A stretch of 47,295 nucleotides of DNA from NCBI GenBank assembly GCA_051747585.1, contig JBNJGH010000014.1, forward strand, positions 1 to 47,295, read 5' to 3'. The stretch comes from Candidatus Rifleibacteriota bacterium (GTDB lineage Bacteria; Muiribacteriota; Ozemobacteria; Ozemobacterales; Ozemobacteraceae). This document shows positions 9,196 to 17,583 of this stretch, one piece after another. How positions within the stretch are numbered: position 1 is the first letter of the stretch; each line of letters starts with the position of its first letter. The translations under genes were made by a program, and so were the position numbers. The notes under the pieces were generated by a model. It was not told where the DNA came from and did not search any database. It saw nothing but the letters and a program-made list of their open reading frames with translations.

Positions 9196-12171
9196 TCAGA
9201 AGGGGCTTTGGTCGGCTACTTCAGTGTGGTCAGTTGCATTCATGCCTTTTACAAATCTGTAAATTTCGCCGACCCACAAAACTACAGAAGTTGCAACAAT
9301 ACATATCAGCCAGTCTGAAAGATTCAAAGGCGTAGTTCGAAACATTAAACCACCAAACTGAACGATCAAAAACTGAATAAGCACTATTGCCGGCAAAATC
9401 ACCATAAACCCACGATTTTCCCAGATACCTTTCAATGATGAATGCTTAAAACCAAGCGCTCTTGCATTGAACATGTTCCAGACCTGTAGCATTACAAATA
9501 TGGTAAAAAACTTCGAAAGTTCATAAGTGTCTACAAGACCATCATTTTGATAATATTTCAGCAGAAAAATCAGGAAAATGTAGAAAATTATCCCGACCCC
9601 GAATATGTGCTTGTACATTGGTCTGGAAACAATAAAATCTCCCGGGTTGCGTGGAAAACGCGACATGACCTTCCAGTGTGGAGGCTCAGTTGCAAGCGCA
9701 AGTGCGGCAAAGGTATCCATAATAAGGTTGACCCAAAGCATTTGAATTACAGTAAGCGGCATTTTTACCCCGATAAATGGTCCGGTTAAGGCCACCGACA
9801 GAGCAACAAAATTAATGGTCAATTGAAACATAACAAAGCGTTGTATATTTTCATATAAGGAACGCCCCCACATAATACCCTTGACCAGACTTGGAAAAGA
9901 ATCGTCAAGCAGCACAATATCACTTGCTTCGCGGGCTACAGAAGCACCTGTCTTGCCCATCGAAAGACCAACATTGGCATAATTCAGGGCAGGAGCATCG
10001 TTGGTGCCGTCACCCGTAACAGCGACAACTTCATCGAGACTCTGCAGAGTTTTAACAAGCTTAAGTTTGTCAGCAGGGCGCGCCCTGGACATAATTCTAA
10101 TTTTGTCAGCTACTTTTCGACTTTCTCCTTCTGATAGTTTTTGAAACTCAGCTCCGGTAATATGAAAGTCTTCAAGATTGTCTGTATCATGAAGCAAACC
10201 AATCTGGCGACTTATTTCCAGCGCAGTTTTTGAATTATCACCGGTTACGACTTTTACTTTTACCCCGGCCTTTCTACAAACTTCGAGAGCTTTGGGAACA
10301 TCAGGGCGAATCGGGTCAGCGATAGCCACAAATCCTAACCAGACCATGTCTTTCGCAACTTCTTCCAACTCTGCTTTTTTATTTATCTCTTCTTGTCGCT
10401 TAAAAGCAAAGGCCAGAGTACGCATCCCCTTTTGCTGAGCTTGATTAAGCTGATCAAATATCTGGTCACTGAACTTATCTATTTTTTCTATTCCTCTGGT
10501 AGTTAAGACGTGGCTGCAAATGTCTGCCAAAAGCTCTGGCGCACCTTTAACATAAAGAACTTTTTCTTCGCCCATAGCGGAATAACCGTAACTGCCCATC
10601 ATTTTTCTTTCGGTAGAAAAGGTCCATTCTTTCTCGAGCTTGAAATTTTTTCTTAAAGCTTGATAATTGATACCCTGACTATGCAACCATAAAAGAATAG
10701 CACCTTCTGTAGGATTTCCTATTGCAGAAATCTCATTTTCTTTCAGGCTTAGATTAGCGCTACTGTTAACAGAGATAAGCTCTGCAAGCAGCTTTTCTGC
10801 ATCTGAGTTCAAATCTGAACTAAGCTTGTTATCGGGCAAGGCTGGAAAATAAATGGAATGCATCGCCATTTTGTTCTGAGTCAGGGTTCCGGTTTTATCT
10901 GAACAAATAACGGTAGCAGCGCCGATGGTTTCACAGGCGTGCATTCTGCGCACCAGATTGTTTGCCGCTGTCATGCGCCTCATACTGTAAGCCAGGCTCA
11001 AGGTTACGCTCATGGGCAGCCCCTCGGGAACAGCTACCACAATAATTGTAACCGCAATCATAAAGTATTTTAAGAATTCAGAAAGCGCATCTGTGGTTAA
11101 CCATAAGGTTGGGTCCTGTGCCAGAACTCCAGTAACGCTTCCGGTGGCAGCGCAGAAAAGAAAGAATCCCAGCCCGGCAATTACCGGCTTTAACCAGGCC
11201 TTAATGCCCTGTCCCCTTAAAAAGGCGGGATATTTAATTCTTTTTCCACTGAGTTCAACCGCATCAGCAATAATAGGAAACCATACCCTTGCCAGCATGA
11301 TCATCGAACCGGCAAAAACTAATACCGAAAAAGTCCACTGGGAACTTGTAAGCTGAAACTCTGAGTTGAAATACCCTCTCATTACAAGTGCTATAAAGGT
11401 AAAGAAGGCTATCGAAAAACCTATAATTCCAATAAGCTTACTCAAGCGATCAAGCTGGCGGTTCAAGGGTGTAACTTCATTGCTTTCTTCACCGGCCGCC
11501 CTCGCAGCTTTCCCTATTTCGGTTTTATCACCGACTGCGGTGACTGAGAAAATTCCGTGCCCATTAGCCACCATTGTGCTTCTAAGAAGAGAATCCGGGG
11601 CATAAGTGTTTTCAGAGCTGCTGTCATCGGATTCGGCAGTGGAACAAAATTTTGAAACCGGCAAAGATTCTCCGGTTAATTTTGACTCATCTATCTGCAA
11701 AGCAACGTCTTCCAAAAGACGGCCATCTGCCGGAATTTCCTCACCGGACTCTATAATAACGACATCACCGACAACAATGTCTTTTCTGGCTACCTTGGAA
11801 TAAATGCCATCTCTCAAAACTGTAACCGGTGCCTCATCGGAAACCTGGTTCAGAATATCGAATTCTTTGCCTGCCTTATACTCATTCAAAAATGCAAGAA
11901 CGGTGGCCAGCAGAATGGCAACAATAATTCCAATACCCTCGAGATATTCGCCGTTTATTGTTCCGACTCCGATGGCAATTATTGCCGCAATCATAAGAAT
12001 TCGGATTATCGGATCATCAAACTTTTCAACAAGCAGCATCCACCAGGGATCGCGTGGCGGTGGAGTTAAAACGTTAGAGCCGTATTTTTCGCGATTTTTA
12101 GAAACTTCTTCAGATGTAAGCCCTGTTTTATTGATTTTTTGTGCTTGATCTTCTGCTGCCATTATTTCCAC
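9196..12171 (-). CDS. Calcium-translocating P-type ATPase, PMCA type (start may be ATG at 12162)
   Basis: TGES, VPEGLP, DKTGTLT, KGAPE, GDGTND, QMLWVNLIMDTFAALALATEPP. Confidence 0.95.
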   Translation of the reverse strand: MEIMAAEDQAQKINKTGLTSEEVSKNREKYGSNVLTPPPRDPWWMLLVEKFDDPIIRILMIAAIIAIGVGTINGEYLEGIGIIVAILLATVLAFLNEYKAGKEFDILNQVSDEAPVTVLRDGIYSKVARKDIVVGDVVIIESGEEIPADGRLLEDVALQIDESKLTGESLPVSKFCSTAESDDSSSENTYAPDSLLRSTMVANGHGIFSVTAVGDKTEIGKAARAAGEESNEVTPLNRQLDRLSKLIGIIGFSIAFFTFIALVMRGYFNSEFQLTSSQWTFSVLVFAGSMIMLARVWFPIIADAVELSGKRIKYPAFLRGQGIKAWLKPVIAGLGFFLFCAATGSVTGVLAQDPTLWLTTDALSEFLKYFMIAVTIIVVAVPEGLPMSVTLSLAYSMRRMTAANNLVRRMHACETIGAATVICSDKTGTLTQNKMAMHSIYFPALPDNKLSSDLNSDAEKLLAELISVNSSANLSLKENEISAIGNPTEGAILLWLHSQGINYQALRKNFKLEKEWTFSTERKMMGSYGYSAMGEEKVLYVKGAPELLADICSHVLTTRGIEKIDKFSDQIFDQLNQAQQKGMRTLAFAFKRQEEINKKAELEEVAKDMVWLGFVAIADPIRPDVPKALEVCRKAGVKVKVVTGDNSKTALEISRQIGLLHDTDNLEDFHITGAEFQKLSEGESRKVADKIRIMSRARPADKLKLVKTLQSLDEVVAVTGDGTNDAPALNYANVGLSMGKTGASVAREASDIVLLDDSFPSLVKGIMWGRSLYENIQRFVMFQLTINFVALSVALTGPFIGVKMPLTVIQMLWVNLIMDTFAALALATEPPHWKVMSRFPRNPGDFIVSRPMYKHIFGVGIIFYIFLIFLLKYYQNDGLVDTYELSKFFTIFVMLQVWNMFNARALGFKHSSLKGIWENRGFMVILPAIVLIQFLIVQFGGLMFRTTPLNLSDWLICIVATSVVLWVGEIYRFVKGMNATDHTEVADQSPF

Positions 12172-12198
12172 CGTATTTCAATTTGACCTTACCAGCAG

Positions 12199-12227
12199 AT
12201 TATAAAGGTTTACACTTTCTTTATCAA
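12199..12227 (-). promoter_or_regulatory. Sigma70 promoter of the ATPase gene
   Basis: Minus strand TTGATA-N17-TATAAT. Confidence 0.7.
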
Positions 12228-12325
12228 TTAAAGCTCCAAATTGTAGCAATTCTCGGTTAGCTACTATCAGCTTGTTTCAGAAAAAAGATATTCCTCACAT
12301 GCAGCCTCAAAGCCGCAAAGAAAAT

Positions 12326-12536
12326 AACCACAGAGCTCTCAGAGAATCACGGAGAATCTTTTTCAGCCATTGTTCCCAGCAACATCAGGCCCTCAGAAAA
12401 ACACTGGTGCTTTTCTGAGGGCCTGATGTTGCTGGGAAAGCCGGACGGTGAAGCCGCCGGCTGATTGTCCAAAGGACAATCCCTGGCTGAAAAAGATTAA
12501 AAAATCGTCTCGGTGCGCTTAGTGATCTCAGTGGTT
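12326..12536. repeat. Four-way-junction intergenic repeat element, copy 2 (core 12355-12498)
   Basis: AATCTTTTTCAGCC/GGCTGAAAAAGATT; perfect 28-bp arms 12373-12400/12411-12438; same two short hairpins as copy 1; outer arms swapped relative to copies 1 and 3. Confidence 0.95.
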
Positions 12537-12640
12537 TAAATTCTTTATTTGCCCTGAAGAAATAATACCGGAACTTTTGGTAATCAGCTAATAATGATTG
12601 ACCGAGAATAGCTGTCCAAATTGCGATACCTATTCGAATG

Positions 12641-12688
12641 TCGGTATCGCTATCGGAATCGAAATCGAAATCGAAATCGAAATCGAAA
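12641..12688. repeat. Hexamer tandem repeat (TCGNNA)8 ending in (TCGAAA)5
   Basis: TCGGTA TCGCTA TCGGAA then five TCGAAA; overlaps the hairpin GCGATACC/GGTATCGC (12623-12650). Confidence 0.9.
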
Positions 12689-12714
12689 AAACTGGCTGGA
12701 AACAGCAATTACAG

Positions 12715-15700
12715 TCAATGTTTTATTGAAATTATTTCAAACATTTCGACCACTGAAGTTTTACCCTTGACCGAAGTTTCTTGAAGCTTTTCATATTCGA
12801 CATGTTCTTTTACCAGCTCAAGAGTGGCACTGCTTATTATTACATGAGAATGCCTGCCCTTTTTGCTCATCCCCTCAAGTCTGGAGGCGACATTAACGGT
12901 GTCTCCGATTACCGTATGATCCATTCTGCCGGGGGAACCGATATTGCCGGCAATAACTTCGCCTGAATTAATGCCGACTCCAATCATAATTGGGAACTTG
13001 TTTTCCAGCTCTCTTTGCTGATTAAAATCTTTTAATGAATCCATCATGGCCATACCAGCTTTCACCGCTTTAAGAGCCATTGTTTCGGGTTCGAACCCCG
13101 GCTCATCTTTGCTGATAAATTGAGCCATAATTGCATCACCGATAAATTTATCAATATCGCCGTCATATTTTTCAATTACCATATTCATTTTAGCAAAATA
13201 ATCATTTAAAAGAGCGACAACTTCTTCTGCATCATAGCTTTCAGACATAGTAGTAAAACTACGAATATCTGAGAATAAAATAGAAGCAGGAACCCTGCGG
13301 CCGCCAAGCTTAATCTCATGGGTGCTTTTTACTGCCTCAACAGCAGACTTCGACAAGTATCTTGTCATTCTTTCACGCTCATTCAGCCCTCTGGTCATCA
13401 GGTTTACTGCTGACCCAAGATTTACCAGTTCGTCTTTTCCGGGTAAAGAAATTCGACAATCATAGTTTCCTTCTTCTACCTGTTGAACTGTTTGTTTTAA
13501 AAGCTGTACCGGCTGAATAAAAGAACGTCCGGTGATTTTTACAAGAACGTATACGATAAGAATAGACACAAGCAAAATTATCAGAATCAAAATTTTTAAC
13601 AGCTGCAATCTTTCACTAATTGAGCTGTAATCATGCAATGCCATTACCGTATAAGATTCAATTCCGGATGGTATAAAGCTGTAAAGCAACACTTTTTTAC
13701 CATTGCTGAACCTGTATGAGTCTTTTAGCGAAACGCCCGCAAACCTTGTCGGCTCAGTAATTTTTCCGATACCGGTTGCATCTTTACTTTTAGCTGTGTA
13801 GTCAAACAATGGGTTCTTTATATTAGACCTGCGAAAATAATTATTGCCGTGAAAATCATTTTTCCCGTAGAAAACCTGAATTTCTTTACCAATTTTTGCT
13901 TCCTGCTGAAATTTGTCAATCATCAGCTGCAAATAAAGCTCATCAAACTTTCGATCTTTAATTATAAAAACAAGAATAAAAACCTCATTTTCATCTTTTA
14001 AGGGTGAAAACTGCCCCACATAAACTAAAGTTCTGCGCCCGGTAAATTTCAATTCAAAAGCGCTGCCCTCTTTTGCCCCGAGAATTGTCTGAATATCTGC
14101 AAATTGGGCTCCTCCGGTTTCTTCTATCATCAGGTCCATAAGACTTACTGCTCCTGCGTATCCTTTTTCGACAAGCTGCCCGCTCAGCCTCAATTTAAGC
14201 TTTGCCAAAGATTTAACCAGAGGCAAAAGGCCTTCACGCTCATTTGACTCGAACATATCTCCAGTAAGCTCTTCTCCAGCTGCGTTAAAAAGATAAAGGT
14301 GCTCTATACCAGCAAGATCAAAATAATTGTCTATAGTTTTATTTAAACCTGCTCCGGCAAAGCGCTTTTTTCCTTCTTTCTTATAATAGCCGCACAAATC
14401 TTTAATAAAATCATCGCCTATGACCTCAATATGCCTGAAAACATATTCGACATTCTCTTCTATTTCTTTTTTTACTCTTTCAAGCTTCTTATAAGCCTGA
14501 TTTTCGTAAAACTCGGCTCGGTCCTTAACCAGCTCGTTACCAAAATGAAAAACAGCAATCATTGGCAATGCCATTGCCAGGCAGAACAATCCAAGCATCT
14601 GCCATTTGATACTCAATGCGGCTCCATTATTACTGCGAAAATAAAAAACGACAAAAACAGCTAAAATAATGACTATAAAAGCAACAAAAAACAAAAGAAA
14701 CTTTTTTTGCTCGATTTGCATCTCAATATCTTTAATACTCTTTGCCGAAACAACTATTAATCGGCTGTTAAGTCTTTTTATTACCAATAACAGACTGTTT
14801 TTGCGATAAACCCCGTCAGGTTGCGAGCTTATCCAGTTTCGCCAGAATTTCTGCTGCGTTATTGAAAACGGATAGGGTAAATGAGAGGCAGTCTGATTAA
14901 GTTCATCGATCCAGCCTAGAGAAATTTGCTTATTCTGCCAGTCTGCACGTCTTCTCATCTTGAATCGACTCAAGCCAAAAACAGTCGGAAGCTTTTCTTC
15001 TTTAATTACAGCTAGAAATCCTTTGAATAAAAAATTACTATCCGGTAAATCATCGCCAAAATTCTGCCAGTATAGATACTGTATTTTTCCGGAGGTAGTA
15101 TTCAACCGGGTAATTTTGCCGTATTTAACAAAGTCGATAAGGCCCGAATCATCGCCAAAATACCTGCTTACCATAGGCAAAAACTTCTTATAGCCGCGAG
15201 AATTTTCATCTTTACCCTGACGTTTTTTCAGCCTTAAACAGATTGATTTTATGAGCTTTGAATAAACAAACTTTGGCAGTAATTTATCATTACTGCTTAT
15301 TTTTTTGTAATGACTGTCCCAGTAAATGAATTCAATGCCCGGTATGAGTTTTTCCAGCTTTTTATGATAATGAGAAAGCTTTAAGCCGTCGTGTAATACA
15401 AACCAGCGATTAAGTTGATCGGCTGAAATAAAGGGGATGAAAGAAAGCTTGGGCAAAAAAACTCTATTTCGATTAATTCGAAACATCAGGGGTAAAATAT
15501 TTTTTTCGTATTCTTTTAAAATTTCATTAATTTGAATTGATTGTTCCTGCTCCTGCACTGCCCTGCCGGCAACTTTTTCAAGTTCGAGCTCTAAATCGCT
15601 TAACTTACGATCTGCAGATTCGTGCATAGCACCAACCATCTGATTAAAAAGTATAATCAGCGGAAAGCACAACAAAAGAACAATAATAAAAAACCATTTC

Positions 15701-15771
15701 CACAGGGATAAGGGCTCGAGAACAAAGTTTTTGCCCTTAGACTTTTTCTCAACCGATATGTCGCTCGACAT
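12715..15771 (-). CDS. Membrane-bound class III adenylate/guanylate cyclase with HAMP domain
   Basis: Several TM segments; HAMP (DELVNLGSAVNLM); ILFSDIRSFT, DKFIGDAIMA, GDTVNVASRLEG. The Lys in DKFIGD and Asp in MDHTV favour ATP. Confidence 0.92.
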   Translation of the reverse strand: MSSDISVEKKSKGKNFVLEPLSLWKWFFIIVLLLCFPLIILFNQMVGAMHESADRKLSDLELELEKVAGRAVQEQEQSIQINEILKEYEKNILPLMFRINRNRVFLPKLSFIPFISADQLNRWFVLHDGLKLSHYHKKLEKLIPGIEFIYWDSHYKKISSNDKLLPKFVYSKLIKSICLRLKKRQGKDENSRGYKKFLPMVSRYFGDDSGLIDFVKYGKITRLNTTSGKIQYLYWQNFGDDLPDSNFLFKGFLAVIKEEKLPTVFGLSRFKMRRRADWQNKQISLGWIDELNQTASHLPYPFSITQQKFWRNWISSQPDGVYRKNSLLLVIKRLNSRLIVVSAKSIKDIEMQIEQKKFLLFFVAFIVIILAVFVVFYFRSNNGAALSIKWQMLGLFCLAMALPMIAVFHFGNELVKDRAEFYENQAYKKLERVKKEIEENVEYVFRHIEVIGDDFIKDLCGYYKKEGKKRFAGAGLNKTIDNYFDLAGIEHLYLFNAAGEELTGDMFESNEREGLLPLVKSLAKLKLRLSGQLVEKGYAGAVSLMDLMIEETGGAQFADIQTILGAKEGSAFELKFTGRRTLVYVGQFSPLKDENEVFILVFIIKDRKFDELYLQLMIDKFQQEAKIGKEIQVFYGKNDFHGNNYFRRSNIKNPLFDYTAKSKDATGIGKITEPTRFAGVSLKDSYRFSNGKKVLLYSFIPSGIESYTVMALHDYSSISERLQLLKILILIILLVSILIVYVLVKITGRSFIQPVQLLKQTVQQVEEGNYDCRISLPGKDELVNLGSAVNLMTRGLNERERMTRYLSKSAVEAVKSTHEIKLGGRRVPASILFSDIRSFTTMSESYDAEEVVALLNDYFAKMNMVIEKYDGDIDKFIGDAIMAQFISKDEPGFEPETMALKAVKAGMAMMDSLKDFNQQRELENKFPIMIGVGINSGEVIAGNIGSPGRMDHTVIGDTVNVASRLEGMSKKGRHSHVIISSATLELVKEHVEYEKLQETSVKGKTSVVEMFEIISIKH

Positions 15772-15873
15772 TTTTTCTCTCTCAGATGATTTCGTTTATT
15801 ATCTTAAACCATGAAGTGCTATTTGCATAAAATTTTTATTTTTAACAAATGAAAAAACAAAAAACAAAATTTC

Positions 15874-16080
15874 ACCACCGAGGCCTCAGAGAACACGGAG
15901 CTGTTTTTAATCTTTTTCAGCCTATGTTCACAATATTACCCAGCATTCAGAAAAACATTAATGCTTTTCTGAATGCTGAGTAATATTGTGAAAGCCGGAC
16001 GGTGAAACCGCCGGCTGATTGTCCAACGGACAATCCACGGCTGAAAAAGATTCTCTGTGTAACTTTGTGTCCTCTGTGGT
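15874..16080. repeat. Four-way-junction intergenic repeat element, copy 3 (core 15909-16052)
   Basis: AATCTTTTTCAGCC/GGCTGAAAAAGATT; 28-bp arms 15927-15954/15965-15992 with one mismatch; same two short hairpins. Confidence 0.95.
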
Positions 16081-16267
16081 TAATTATTTATGTATTTACA
16101 GCTTTAAGAACCTGGTGAGCTATAGAAATATTCGACAACGATTACGAGCACGAAAAAAGTTATACAATCAAATTAAAAATTACCGGGAGAAAATAAAGGC
16201 TATTATTAATTTAGAAGGAATTGTGCTAAAGTGAAAAGCATAATTTTTCAGTGTTAACGAGGATAAA

Positions 16268-17032
16268 ATGTCTAAACCTTTAGCAAGATTTTTAAAGCAC
16301 ATGAATTCAATTGAAGTTGAAAGCCTGATTGCAAGAGAAGCACCAATTTTTTTGCCAATCGGAACCCTTGAGCCTCATGGGCGCCACTTACCAGTCGGCA
16401 CAGATACTTTATGCGCCGAAAAACTCTGCGAAGAGCTCAGCATAAATTTAGAAGGAGCAGTAGCACCTTCAATAGAATATGGAATTACAAATTCACTTGC
16501 TCAGACTGCACCTGCGAGCTTCTTTGACCAGGAACTTTTTGAAACTTTCACCTCAACAATAATTAAAAACTATATAAAGCATGGCTTTAAAAGCATAATC
16601 ATTGTCAACGGCCATGGCGGGAATGTTGAACCGTTAAAAAAAATATCACGCAAGATAATCAGAGAAGACCGGGTTGCACTTTGCGTAATTAACTGGTGGA
16701 AACTTTCGGAAAAGTTTGTTCCCGAAATTTATTCTACAGGCCCGGGTGGGCATGCCGCAGTTGAAGAAACCGGTCTTATGCTCCATTTTTATCCCAGGCT
16801 GGTAACTCCCGATAACTACAATCCCAAACAGGATGATTATATTGCCGACAACTATATATGGTTTTATCCACCCCCCGGCGAAGTAATTCTATCCCAACCT
16901 GATACAGGCCAGCCTTCTTTTGATTGTGGCAAAGCCGCAAAATTTAGTGAAAAAATTATTGAAGACCTTGAAAATCGGGTAAATAAATGGCTGGCAAAAA
17001 TCCACAACCTTACCGGAGGCTTGAGACCTTGA
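16268..17032 (+). CDS. Creatininase family amidohydrolase
   Basis: LPIGTLEPHGRHLPVGTD, NGHGGN, GHAAVEET metal-binding motifs. Confidence 0.92.
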   Translation: MSKPLARFLKHMNSIEVESLIAREAPIFLPIGTLEPHGRHLPVGTDTLCAEKLCEELSINLEGAVAPSIEYGITNSLAQTAPASFFDQELFETFTSTIIKNYIKHGFKSIIIVNGHGGNVEPLKKISRKIIREDRVALCVINWWKLSEKFVPEIYSTGPGGHAAVEETGLMLHFYPRLVTPDNYNPKQDDYIADNYIWFYPPPGEVILSQPDTGQPSFDCGKAAKFSEKIIEDLENRVNKWLAKIHNLTGGLRP

Positions 17033-17253
17033 ATGAAGTAGCTACCCCTGAATGGGTACATTACGTAGGCGATGGAATCTTTCTTCTACTTTTTCTAGTA
17101 GTTCTTTTCTTTTTTAAAGCTGACCCGGAAAGCCTGGAGCCTGAAAACGAAGCCGAGCAACCTAATCCACTCGAAAAAGTTCTGGTAACAGAAACCACAG
17201 AAATAGATGAAGAACAAAAGCTTGAAGATGCAAAAAACGAAAGTCCGGGATAA
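17029..17253 (+). CDS. Small single-pass membrane protein with acidic tail (~74 aa)
   Basis: TTG overlapping the creatininase stop (TTGA); GGAGG upstream; one TM helix (IFLLLFLVVLFFF) then Glu-rich tail. Confidence 0.65.
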   Translation: MNEVATPEWVHYVGDGIFLLLFLVVLFFFKADPESLEPENEAEQPNPLEKVLVTETTEIDEEQKLEDAKNESPG

Positions 17254-17279
17254 AAAAATTCCCTGGTTTCCCAGGGAAT
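17252..17279 (-). terminator. Intrinsic terminator oriented for a minus-strand transcript
   Basis: Minus strand ATTCCCTGG-GAAA-CCAGGGAAT-TTTTTT; no U-tract on the plus strand. Confidence 0.75.
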
Positions 17280-17434
17280 CAGACGCTTTAAAGTCTTTAA
17301 GCCGTTCCAACCTTTTGAGACAGCAAAAGAAAAGTGCCAAGATCAGCAACTTTAATTTTTTCGGCCCAAAGTACTATTGTTAAGAGCGCCTTTTATAGCG
17401 TCGAGGGATTCCTGATTGTTCAGGCAAACCTCTA
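17252..17434 (-). ncRNA. Candidate sigma54-dependent sRNA (~180 nt)
   Basis: Bounded by a -24/-12 promoter and a minus-strand terminator; no credible ORF; 5' and 3' segments are complementary. Confidence 0.55.
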
Positions 17435-17444
17435 ATGCAATATC

Positions 17445-17461
17445 AGCAATTTACATGCCAA
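17445..17461 (-). promoter_or_regulatory. Sigma54 (-24/-12) promoter
   Basis: Minus strand TTGGCATGTAAATTGCT: GG-N10-GC, matching TGGCA(C/T)-N5-TTGC(A/T). Confidence 0.7.
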
Positions 17462-17522
17462 TTCAATATAAGAAGTTCAATCAGCTGATAAAGGAATCTT
17501 AAACTAAGCAAGGAAAAAGTTA

Positions 17523-17538
17523 GAGGTAATTTTACCTC
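17523..17538. promoter_or_regulatory. Palindromic operator / candidate enhancer site
   Basis: GAGGTAA-TT-TTACCTC, about 90-105 nt upstream of the predicted sigma54 start and just upstream of the galT-like gene. Confidence 0.4.
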
Positions 17539-17583
17539 AACGATAAAAATATTTTTAACTTTAAATATCAGGAGAAATGCAAG

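Noticed and set aside
12172..12536. yybP-ykoY or other riboswitch upstream of the P-type ATPase
   Set aside because: A good promoter at 12199-12227 leaves a very short leader; the upstream structure is the dispersed repeat.
12385..12708. 107-aa ORF with FDFDFD run
   Set aside because: Translation of the hexamer array and element copy 2; no sign of a real gene.
739..16080. Constant scaffold plus variable segment read as a CRISPR array
   Set aside because: Copies are kilobases apart, the variable part comes with its own reverse complement, and no cas genes are present.
16019..16234. 71-aa ORF
   Set aside because: Starts inside element copy 3 with no SD; likely spurious.
17322..17340. Second sigma54-like motif TTGGCAC...TTGCT inside the candidate sRNA
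   Set aside because: GG-to-GC spacing is 12 nt, not the required 10.
17379..17427. 15-codon minus-strand ORF (TTG start, MPEQSGIPRRYKRRS) in the candidate sRNA
   Set aside because: The only SD-like AGAGG is 1 nt from the start codon; translation is unlikely though not excluded.
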